From Gammaproteobacteria bacterium (GTDB lineage Bacteria; Pseudomonadota; Gammaproteobacteria; Pseudomonadales; Porticoccaceae), in contig JAYODD010000006.1 in the NCBI GenBank assembly GCA_038106145.1, positions 30,621 through 94,620 of the forward strand: a DNA stretch of 64,000 nucleotides, given 5' to 3'. Below the pieces are notes generated by a model. That model did not search any database and was not told the origin of the DNA. It saw only the letters and a program-made list of their open reading frames with translations. Made by a program: the position numbers and the translations under genes. Positions 10,611 to 17,689 of this stretch are shown one piece after another; positions within the stretch are counted from its first letter, which is position 1, and each line of letters starts with the position of its first letter.

Positions 10611-11003
10611 TCAGGGTAATGTTGGAATCAGCTGCGTGGTGGAGTGCAGCACCGGGCCCAGGTCTATGGCGCCGAGATCGCCAGCCAGGGGACCGGCGTC
10701 GGTAATGCCCAGCACCTCGATGCCCAGCCCGAGCGTCTGAAATCCACCGCCAAAATACTGGTTGCCAACCCCGGTTTGCGCGGCAAAGGACCCGACTCCG
10801 TCGACTATGCTGCCGGCGTTACCAAAAGCACCCCCTGCCCCCATCCCGGAACCACTGCCAAACCCGATGGTGCGGCTCGACATAAATCCATCTTCCGCCG
10901 CACGGCCGTTATCTTCTTCCGCCATGGCGAGGGTAACCCCGTGCAATGCCAAAGCTAATCCCGCGATCTTCACTAGTGTTTTTGTCCCAGTCATACATTT
11001 CAC
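10611..11003 (-). CDS. hypothetical small secreted glycine-rich protein
   Basis: 130 aa with a Sec-type signal peptide (..KIAGLALALHGVTLAMA|EED). The mature part is very Gly-rich (GFGSGSGMGAGGAFGNAGS..YFGGGFQTLGLG..) and has no Cys. It is the last gene of the ECF operon. Confidence 0.6.
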   Translation of the reverse strand: MKCMTGTKTLVKIAGLALALHGVTLAMAEEDNGRAAEDGFMSSRTIGFGSGSGMGAGGAFGNAGSIVDGVGSFAAQTGVGNQYFGGGFQTLGLGIEVLGITDAGPLAGDLGAIDLGPVLHSTTQLIPTLP

Positions 11004-11051
11004 CTCGTCGTAACAGCTAATGCCTGTGTCGTCTGTGCGTGCACAGTGCGC

Positions 11052-11876
11052 TCAATAATGAAAATTGATCCCCACCGCCATCACGTGATTTTCGTAATCG
11101 GTGGCGTCAATATTCGATCGGTTGTCCTTTAGCGCGTAGGAGCCGCTTAGATACCACTGGCTACTCAAACGCTGGGTCGCCTCCACAAAATAAGTATCAG
11201 TCTTCGTTTCAAAATCGGCAGCAGTAGCAAAATCCCTTTGCGTATACGTATAACCGCCGTTGATAAAGGTATTGACCCGCACCTGGTAGCCCAACAGCAC
11301 CCCGGCGCTGGATCCGGTGTAGCTAAAATAATCGAGATCTGCATCGGCATCTTCGATATCGCCCACCAGTTTGATCCACAGTCGTGGGGTCAACTGATTT
11401 TTTATCTCCACGGTGGAGCCAAGGGAATCGGTGTCGCGGGCGCTCTGGTCTGCCTGGCGCTGTCCATTCCTGACGCTGATTTGCGCGGACCAGTCCGCAT
11501 TTAATTGCCGATACAGGCCGCCGGAGACAATCAGCGCCGAGTTATCCAGCACATCGTAGCGATCGTAACGATTGGAGATGGCACCCAGTTGCCCAACAAA
11601 ATACGTCGTTTTCGCCGCATCCAGCGCCGTATAGTACAACACTGATGCCGCTGCACTCACAAACTGGTCGGACTCTTCCTCAGCATCTCTGGCTACGCCA
11701 TTGACGTTGCTGTCGTAACCGGTTCTCACTCCCGCGTTGAAAGCCACTTCCGCCTGGGCAGAGCCGATGGCAAGGCCGAGCCATAACAACAACGATGCAG
11801 TGTTCTTAATGCCGTTATTTCGCCGGGGTGCGTGTCGTAAACTACACATCAAACTACTTCCTCTTTTTTTAAACAA
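11052..11876 (-). CDS. hypothetical outer-membrane beta-barrel protein
   Basis: 274 aa with a signal peptide (..LLLWLGLAIGSAQA|EV). It shows alternating hydrophobic patterns and Asn/Tyr/Gly-rich turns. The C-terminus ..VGINFHY ends in an aromatic residue, like an OMP beta-signal. Confidence 0.6.
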   Translation of the reverse strand: MFKKRGSSLMCSLRHAPRRNNGIKNTASLLLWLGLAIGSAQAEVAFNAGVRTGYDSNVNGVARDAEEESDQFVSAAASVLYYTALDAAKTTYFVGQLGAISNRYDRYDVLDNSALIVSGGLYRQLNADWSAQISVRNGQRQADQSARDTDSLGSTVEIKNQLTPRLWIKLVGDIEDADADLDYFSYTGSSAGVLLGYQVRVNTFINGGYTYTQRDFATAADFETKTDTYFVEATQRLSSQWYLSGSYALKDNRSNIDATDYENHVMAVGINFHY

Positions 11877-11940
11877 TTTTGCTGGTCATTTCCAACCCGG
11901 CCTGACTTCCCCACCGCTTCCGCTGCCAATCCCTGCAACA

Positions 11941-12978
11941 CTACAACGATGGTAAACCCGGGCCGGACACGTTATGCAGCGGCAATTCGCCGAGCCCTCC
12001 TCCTGGCAATCCGCCTGGCAGAGAATCACCCGGGATGGATCCACCACCCGGAACGCCAATTCCCGGCCCCCCGATTCCCCCGGGCAGCCCCGGCCGCGGC
12101 GCGACTGGCAGGCCACGTCCACCAGGTAACAAATCGGGCGTCCGCTCGCGCAGAGTTCCCGGCAGCGCTTCTGTTGCCGGTATGGGATTAGCCAGCATTT
12201 GCTGCTGCGCCGACAGAATATCCGCCACCGAGAACCCCTGCCGCAATTGGTCAGCTATCTGAAACTGCATTTGTTGCATCTGCGCAACCGACAACCCCCG
12301 CGCCAGACTGGTTTCCGTGAGCGCCAACGCCTGTTCCAGCGCCGCGCCATTAAGTAACAGCGTTTCCAGCAACTGCGCGGCGAGCGCCAATTGCTCGCCA
12401 CTATCCACCACGTAGGGTTGCGGCATATGCTGCGCCAGCTGCGTCAGGGGGTTATCCATTGCGTAGCGTCGCGTCAACACCGTGCCCAGGTTTATCAATG
12501 CTTCCCGCACGCTGGCGTTCGCTACCGCTAATCCCGATTTCTGCAGGTCCGCTAATTCCGCGCTCCGCGCACGCAGCGCCTGAGTCCAGGTCTCTGCCAC
12601 TGCGAGAATGACGTCAGCGGGAACCCTTTTCGCCATGCCTTCCAGTATTTTTCCGCGCACCAGCTCCTCCGGTATATCGGCGGCCCGCAGTATCGATATT
12701 TTTTCAATAAAATGACCCGTCGCGTCGGCGTCATAACTGCGCGTCAACGCCAGATCGAGCAGCGCCTCTAACTGCTGTGCATCCGCACCGGCCTGCAACG
12801 CAGCTGCTGCGATCTGCGCGAGCTGAACCTGTTCGGCGCTATCGTCATAGCGCCCAATTTGCTCCACCAGATGGGCGGACATTTCCTGCGCGCCCAACGC
12901 ACTGGCGACCGCCCAGAACCACAACGCCGATCCGCCCATCCAGAAACGTTTCATAATCTTGGTTTCCCTGTTACTCAT
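11941..12978 (-). CDS. hypothetical secreted protein: Ala/Leu/Gln-rich helical body plus a Pro/Gly-rich C-terminal tail
   Basis: 345 aa with a signal-like N-terminus (MKRFWMGGSALWFWAVASALGAQE). The start ATG abuts the anti-sigma stop (TAAATG). The tail reads LPGGRGLPVAPRPGLPGGIGGPGIGVPGGGSIPGDSLPGGLPGGGLG. Confidence 0.6.
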   Translation of the reverse strand: MSNRETKIMKRFWMGGSALWFWAVASALGAQEMSAHLVEQIGRYDDSAEQVQLAQIAAAALQAGADAQQLEALLDLALTRSYDADATGHFIEKISILRAADIPEELVRGKILEGMAKRVPADVILAVAETWTQALRARSAELADLQKSGLAVANASVREALINLGTVLTRRYAMDNPLTQLAQHMPQPYVVDSGEQLALAAQLLETLLLNGAALEQALALTETSLARGLSVAQMQQMQFQIADQLRQGFSVADILSAQQQMLANPIPATEALPGTLRERTPDLLPGGRGLPVAPRPGLPGGIGGPGIGVPGGGSIPGDSLPGGLPGGGLGELPLHNVSGPGLPSL

Positions 12979-13644
12979 TTACAAAACCGTAACCACGGCA
13001 TTGCGCCGGCCGAAATCATCACTCACATGCTGTTCCGCCCGCGGGTCCGTCACGATTGTTTGATCGTCGATCAAAAATGCGTACTGGTAACGACCAGCGG
13101 GCAATGGCAAATCCGCCACCCAGTTACCGTCAATCTGTCTGCGCAACGGAATTTCCTGCACACTACCCCAGCCGTTAAAATCACCGATCAATGCGACTGT
13201 GGTCGCCTGTGGTGCATACAAACTGAAGCGCGCGTGGTGAGCCTGCTCCAGCCCTACAGTTTGCACACCCGCTAACGGCACTGCCGAGTGCTGAATTGTG
13301 GAGGGGGCTGGCAGAGGGTTACCGCCAACCACAACAACCACCAGCAGTGCGACGAAAGACAGTGCGCCCGCCTCCCAACCCAGCAGCGGATGCTCCTCCA
13401 GCCACAGCCGTAGACGGCGACGCAGACCGGGTCGCAAGGGCTCGACGCGGGATACGACCTGCGCGGCAAAATTGTGTGGCACCACGACGTCCGGCAAATT
13501 CACCAACTGCTCCACGCTACGGCCCAGCGCTGTTAACTCCGCCAATTGCGCCTCGTCCAGCGATGCAACAAAATCCGCACGCTGCGCGGGGGACATCTCC
13601 CCTTCAAAATATTCAACCAGAGCTTGATCCCATGCGTCCTTCAC
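12979..13644 (-). CDS. membrane anti-sigma factor with a C-terminal periplasmic CBM48/AMPK-beta-like (glycogen-binding-type) domain
   Basis: 221 aa. The GTG start overlaps the sigma stop (GTGA) and has a GAGGAGGGG SD. It has an N-terminal anti-sigma-like helix region, one TM (ALSFVALLVVVVVGG) and the C-terminal sequence FSLYAPQATTVALIGDFNGW..DGNW..GRYQYAFLIDD..DDFGRRNAVV. Confidence 0.7.
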   Translation of the reverse strand: MKDAWDQALVEYFEGEMSPAQRADFVASLDEAQLAELTALGRSVEQLVNLPDVVVPHNFAAQVVSRVEPLRPGLRRRLRLWLEEHPLLGWEAGALSFVALLVVVVVGGNPLPAPSTIQHSAVPLAGVQTVGLEQAHHARFSLYAPQATTVALIGDFNGWGSVQEIPLRRQIDGNWVADLPLPAGRYQYAFLIDDQTIVTDPRAEQHVSDDFGRRNAVVTVL

Positions 13645-14207
13645 GACATCCCCTCCTCGCAGGCCTGCCGAAACATTTTCCTGGCGCGAAAAGCACGTAT
13701 TTTGGCATTTTCCACGGTAATCCCCAGGATGCGCGCTATGTCCTCGTTGCTGTAGCCTTCTATATGTTTAAGCACCAGCAGCTCCCGGTATTGCTGCGGC
13801 AAGGTTGCCAAAAGATGACGCACACGCTGCTGCGTCTGTTTGTCTTCTACCTGCCGCAGCGGATTCGCGGTCTCCGCTGCCGCTAGCACATCGCCATAGT
13901 CGTCGAGATCGTCGTGTATATCCTGTGCGCCACGGCGGCGCAACACATCGCGACCTCTGTTCAGGGCAATCTGACAGAGCCAGGTGGAAAACTTGCTGCG
14001 TCCGGAGAATTGCGCGAGTTTTTCGTAAGCGTTGACAAATGCCTCCTGGCACACTTCTTCACACATTGCGTAATTACCCAACAGGCGATACACCACGTTA
14101 AACACCGTTTGCTGATAACGCTCCACCAACACGCCGTAGGCCTGTTTCTCCCCATTCAGGCACACTGCGACAATTTCCTGATCAGACAGATGACGCCACG
14201 TGCTCAA
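13641..14207 (-). CDS. ECF-family RNA polymerase sigma factor
   Basis: 188 aa with a TTG start and an AAGGAA SD. Region 2 reads (..AFVNAYEKLAQFSGRSKFSTWLCQIALNRGRDVLRR) and region 4 reads (LPQQYRELLVLKHIEGYSNEDIARILGITVENAKIRAFRARK). Confidence 0.9.
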   Translation of the reverse strand: MSTWRHLSDQEIVAVCLNGEKQAYGVLVERYQQTVFNVVYRLLGNYAMCEEVCQEAFVNAYEKLAQFSGRSKFSTWLCQIALNRGRDVLRRRGAQDIHDDLDDYGDVLAAAETANPLRQVEDKQTQQRVRHLLATLPQQYRELLVLKHIEGYSNEDIARILGITVENAKIRAFRARKMFRQACEEGMS

Positions 14208-14245
14208 TGGGTATTCCTTATAGCCAGTCGGTGATGCTTGTCAGG

Positions 14246-14274
14246 TTAGACGCAGGGTCGCGTGAAAAAGTTAC
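14246..14274 (-). promoter_or_regulatory. candidate ECF-type promoter GTAAC-N17-CGTCTAA upstream of the sigma gene
   Basis: The minus strand reads CCGTAAC TTTTTCACGCGACCCTG CGTCTAA. The -10 element ends 39 nt before the TTG start at 14207. The -35 element overlaps the stop codon of the upstream lipoprotein gene. Confidence 0.5.
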
Positions 14275-14681
14275 GGAATATACAAAATATTATTGCGCCC
14301 GCCGTAGTCATCCGCTGCAATCGGCCGCAGGTTATCCGTACGGTACTCCTGGCCATCAACCAGATAGACATAATGAAAACGTTTGCCGCGCTCCGGCATA
14401 ACCATCAGCAAACGCCAATTACCCGCGCTATCCGGCCCGGTAAGCGCCAGACCCGGCGGTGCCCAGCCATTGAAATCCCCCAACAACGCCACACTCCGAG
14501 CCTGGGGCGCCTGCAATTCAAACTGCACCTGCCGCTCTCCACTCGCTGCCATTGGCGTGCGTTTAGATACGCAGCCGCTGGCAACTATAAGGCATACCAG
14601 CGCTATTATTTTGCTGGCGATAACCGCGGGTCTGCGTGGAATCATAGGTAGTTGTTCATGGCCCTTGCTCGTCATCGACAT
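14271..14681 (-). CDS. lipoprotein with a CBM48/AMPK-beta-like domain, paralogous to the anti-sigma C-terminus
   Basis: The ORF is 136 aa. A more likely start is the ATG at 14645 (MIPRRPAVIASKIIALVCLIVASG|C, lipobox-like). The domain reads FELQAPQARSVALLGDFNGW..AGNW..KRFHYVYLVDG..DDYGGRNNIL. Confidence 0.65.
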   Translation of the reverse strand: MSMTSKGHEQLPMIPRRPAVIASKIIALVCLIVASGCVSKRTPMAASGERQVQFELQAPQARSVALLGDFNGWAPPGLALTGPDSAGNWRLLMVMPERGKRFHYVYLVDGQEYRTDNLRPIAADDYGGRNNILYIP

Positions 14682-14829
14682 AGCCGCAACCCGCCAGGCT
14701 CCGCCCAGGCGGCAGACCCCAGCGATATCGACAGTGAATTTGCCCCGCGATTATACCCCGTCAATATTTTCATTCACCCCACCGAAGCGCGAAAATTGCG
14801 AGGGGTGACAGGAAATATTCGCAAATTGT

Positions 14830-14858
14830 GTAACCAAAATCGCTATACCCCCGTCACA
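14830..14858 (+). promoter_or_regulatory. candidate ECF-type promoter GTAAC-N17-CGTCACA upstream of the divergent gene
   Basis: The plus strand reads TGTAAC CAAAATCGCTATACCCC CGTCACA. It ends 30 nt before the ATG at 14889. The core and spacing match the motif at 14246-14274. Confidence 0.5.
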
Positions 14859-14888
14859 CAGCAGGAACATAAAACCTGGAGAACTATC

Positions 14889-15863
14889 ATGCAACATCAA
14901 TTCAATAAATTATTACTGGCCACAGTTATCAGCGCATCCGTCGTCACCTCCGCGTACGGCGCCACCGATGGCAACGCTGCGGTTGCACTTGACCAGCGCG
15001 CCCAGGCAAGCGCCGACGCCGCACAGGCACTACAGGACTCGCCTGATGTGCCACTGACAACCGAGCAAACCCTGGATACTGCTGCCGACGCGCGGGATCA
15101 GGCCACACAACATATCAGTGCTGCCACCCAGACAGCAGGAACTTTACAACAAGCGTTAACCACCGATCTGGATGGGGCAGATGCACAACTCTCTGCCACG
15201 GCGAATGGCGCCCTGGCTGCGGCGAGCGAACTTTCCGGTGCAGGCGGTAGCGTACAGGAACAAATACAGGGCGACGCCAATCATACTGCCGATGCAGTAA
15301 TCTCAGACTTACGCAGCGCACAAATGACGAATGCTGACGGCACTAGCTCGGCGCGCGCCGGGATTGCCGGCGGCAGCTCAGTGGCAGGAAAGCTATTGCA
15401 AATGGGCCAAACCGCGACCGCAAGCCTGTCTAACCAAACCAGCGCCACCATGCAGGACGAAGTGCGAGGTGCAGACACCGTCGCCAGTGGAGCCGCTGGC
15501 CTATCTCAATCTGTACTGGGCCAGGTGGAATCATCGGAAACCGCCCCGGAGCTCGCGAGTGGACAGGCATTGCCTGAGTTGCCTGTCGACGATGCCCTGC
15601 CAGCAGCACCGGATACCTCACTGCCAACTCCAGAAGTGGCTGTGAATAGTCGCGCACAGGCAGACGTTTCCGCTGGTGCGGGCCTCACCGCGGATGCTCA
15701 ACGTGTCAACCTCAACACCCAGCAACGGATGCAAACGGATGTCGGTTTCAGCAGCGCTGGCAGAGGTAACGCCACCACCACACTGGGCTCCTCTATCGGT
15801 GGCAGTGTGGGCGGCATAACATCCGGGACGAGTGTCCTCGGCACCGGTTCGCTGCTACGCTAA
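14889..15863 (+). CDS. hypothetical secreted low-complexity (Ala/Thr/Ser/Gln/Gly/Asp-rich) protein
   Basis: The ORF is trimmed to the ATG at 14889 (MQHQFNKLLLATVISASVVTSAYG|ATDG), which gives a signal peptide. The mature protein has no Cys, Trp or Tyr and a single Phe. A terminator follows. Confidence 0.6.
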   Translation: MQHQFNKLLLATVISASVVTSAYGATDGNAAVALDQRAQASADAAQALQDSPDVPLTTEQTLDTAADARDQATQHISAATQTAGTLQQALTTDLDGADAQLSATANGALAAASELSGAGGSVQEQIQGDANHTADAVISDLRSAQMTNADGTSSARAGIAGGSSVAGKLLQMGQTATASLSNQTSATMQDEVRGADTVASGAAGLSQSVLGQVESSETAPELASGQALPELPVDDALPAAPDTSLPTPEVAVNSRAQADVSAGAGLTADAQRVNLNTQQRMQTDVGFSSAGRGNATTTLGSSIGGSVGGITSGTSVLGTGSLLR

Positions 15864-15880
15864 TTTTTACGATGGCACAA

Positions 15881-15908
15881 CGGGCAGCTCAGGCTGCCCG
15901 TTTTTTTT
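15881..15908 (+). terminator. Rho-independent terminator
   Basis: CGGGCAGC-tcag-GCTGCCCG followed by TTTTTTTT, 18 nt after the stop at 15863. Confidence 0.85.
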
Positions 15909-15983
15909 AAAAGCATCACTGCCACGAAATTACCCGTTCCCGCCGACGCGTTGTGGCATAAGCTCCGCATCAAAAATTTGTAA

Positions 15984-17624
15984 TTATTGTTGCTCCCGTT
16001 TCGCCGCTTCCCGCAGCCGCAGCTCACGGCGCTGGATTTTTCCGGTGGTGGTCATGGGCAGACTGGTCACAAATTCAAACTCCCGCGGATATTCGTGTTT
16101 GGCAAGGCGTTCCCTCACCATCTGGCGAATATCATTTTCGAGCTCCTCACTGGCTGTGTAACCTTCAGCCAGAATAATAAAGGCTTTAATACTTTCAGTG
16201 CGCACCGGATCGGGCACACCAATCGCCGCCGACATGGCCACCGCCTTGTGGCGCGACAGGGCGTCTTCAATCTCGCCGGGGCCAATACGATAACCCGAGC
16301 TGGTGATCACATCGTCGGAGCGGCCCTTAAACCAGAAATAGCCGTCCTCATCCATAACGCCGTTATCGCCCATCAACAGCCAGTCGCCAATATATTTTTC
16401 GCGGGTGGCTTCGGGGTTATTCCAGTATTCGAGCAACATCACCGGATCGCCCTTGCGAATGCCGATCTGACCCTCCGTACCGGGTGGCAACAATTCACCA
16501 CTGTGTTCGTCAATAATCGCCGCCACGTGTCCCGGAATAGCCTTGCCCAATGAGCCAGCTTTCGCGGGCAACACCTCGGCGCAATTACCCAGTACAAGAT
16601 TGCACTCGGTTTGGCCGTAAGCCTCGTTGATACGCACCCCCAGGGACGCATTAGCCCATTCAAACAACGCTGCGCCAACTGCTTCACCGCCGCTGAATAC
16701 TGAGCGCAACTGTACGTCGTAGCGCTGCATCGCATCGGGCACCTGGCGCATCATTTTTAACATGGTCGGGGTTAGCAACGCGTTGCGCACCCGATGCTTG
16801 GCCAGCATATGGTAGGCCTGTTCCGGATCAAATCCGGGCGCGCGAAATGCCAGTATGGGCACTCCGTAAAACCAGGAAGGAGTGAGAATGTCCATCAACC
16901 CTGCCACCCAGGCCCAGTCCGCCGGTGACCAGTTCAAATCGCCCGGTTGGGGGAAAAAATCATTGCAGTATTCAATGCCTGGCAGGGTGCCAAGCAGGCA
17001 GCGATGAGCGTGCAGAGCGCCCTTGGGATTGCCGGTGGTGCCCGACGTGTAGCAAATAAATGCCGGATCTTCGGCGCGGCTGTTAACCGTACTGAACTGA
17101 TCGGAGCCCTTTTCCAGTATCGTCCAGAAATCTTCACCTCTGCCTTGCGCACCATCGGTCAACAACACTTTTTCCAGCTGCGGCGCCCGCTCCCAGACTT
17201 CCTCCACCTTGGCAAAATTGGCCTGGTCGGTGATCAATATTTTGGCGCCGCTATCGTTCAGGCGATATTCAATGGCATCGGCGCCAAACAGGACCGATGT
17301 CGGACAGGAGATCAGCCCGGCTTTCCAGCAGGCAATATGCGCTATCGCGGTTTCCGGGGCCTGCCCCAGCAGCAATGTCACCCGATCACCGGGTTTGCCG
17401 CCCATCCCAACCAGGGCGTTGGCGAACTGATTGGCGTATTGCTGAATTTTGCGAAAGGTGTATTCCCGCACTTCGCCTGTTAGGGTTTCGTAAATGAGCG
17501 CCACCCGCGCTGGATCGGTGGCGTGTTTGTCCACGCAGTGGTGGGCCATGTTGAAATATTGCGGTACCTTCCAGTGAAACCCGTTGTAGACATCTTCGTA
17601 GGTGTTACCCCTGCTGATCAGCAT
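15984..17624 (-). CDS. AMP-dependent acyl-CoA synthetase/ligase
   Basis: About 546 aa with the AMP-binding motif YTSGTTGNPKG, plus ..GYFWFKGRSDDVI.. and ..LPMTTTGKIQRRELR. The start is set at the ATG at 17624, which has a GGAG SD. The longest ORF begins at a GTG at 17630. Confidence 0.9.
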   Translation of the reverse strand: MLISRGNTYEDVYNGFHWKVPQYFNMAHHCVDKHATDPARVALIYETLTGEVREYTFRKIQQYANQFANALVGMGGKPGDRVTLLLGQAPETAIAHIACWKAGLISCPTSVLFGADAIEYRLNDSGAKILITDQANFAKVEEVWERAPQLEKVLLTDGAQGRGEDFWTILEKGSDQFSTVNSRAEDPAFICYTSGTTGNPKGALHAHRCLLGTLPGIEYCNDFFPQPGDLNWSPADWAWVAGLMDILTPSWFYGVPILAFRAPGFDPEQAYHMLAKHRVRNALLTPTMLKMMRQVPDAMQRYDVQLRSVFSGGEAVGAALFEWANASLGVRINEAYGQTECNLVLGNCAEVLPAKAGSLGKAIPGHVAAIIDEHSGELLPPGTEGQIGIRKGDPVMLLEYWNNPEATREKYIGDWLLMGDNGVMDEDGYFWFKGRSDDVITSSGYRIGPGEIEDALSRHKAVAMSAAIGVPDPVRTESIKAFIILAEGYTASEELENDIRQMVRERLAKHEYPREFEFVTSLPMTTTGKIQRRELRLREAAKREQQ

Positions 17625-17689
17625 AAGCACTCCAATAATTTATGTTTATAAATCGTAAGGCGAACCCTGCAACGTTCTGTGGCGTAAAA

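Noticed and set aside
10611-11003. Glycine-rich small protein as a class II microcin/bacteriocin
   Set aside because: The N-terminus is a standard Sec signal peptide and not a double-glycine leader. No C39-peptidase ABC exporter or immunity gene is nearby. It is embedded in an ECF operon with an outer-membrane barrel instead.
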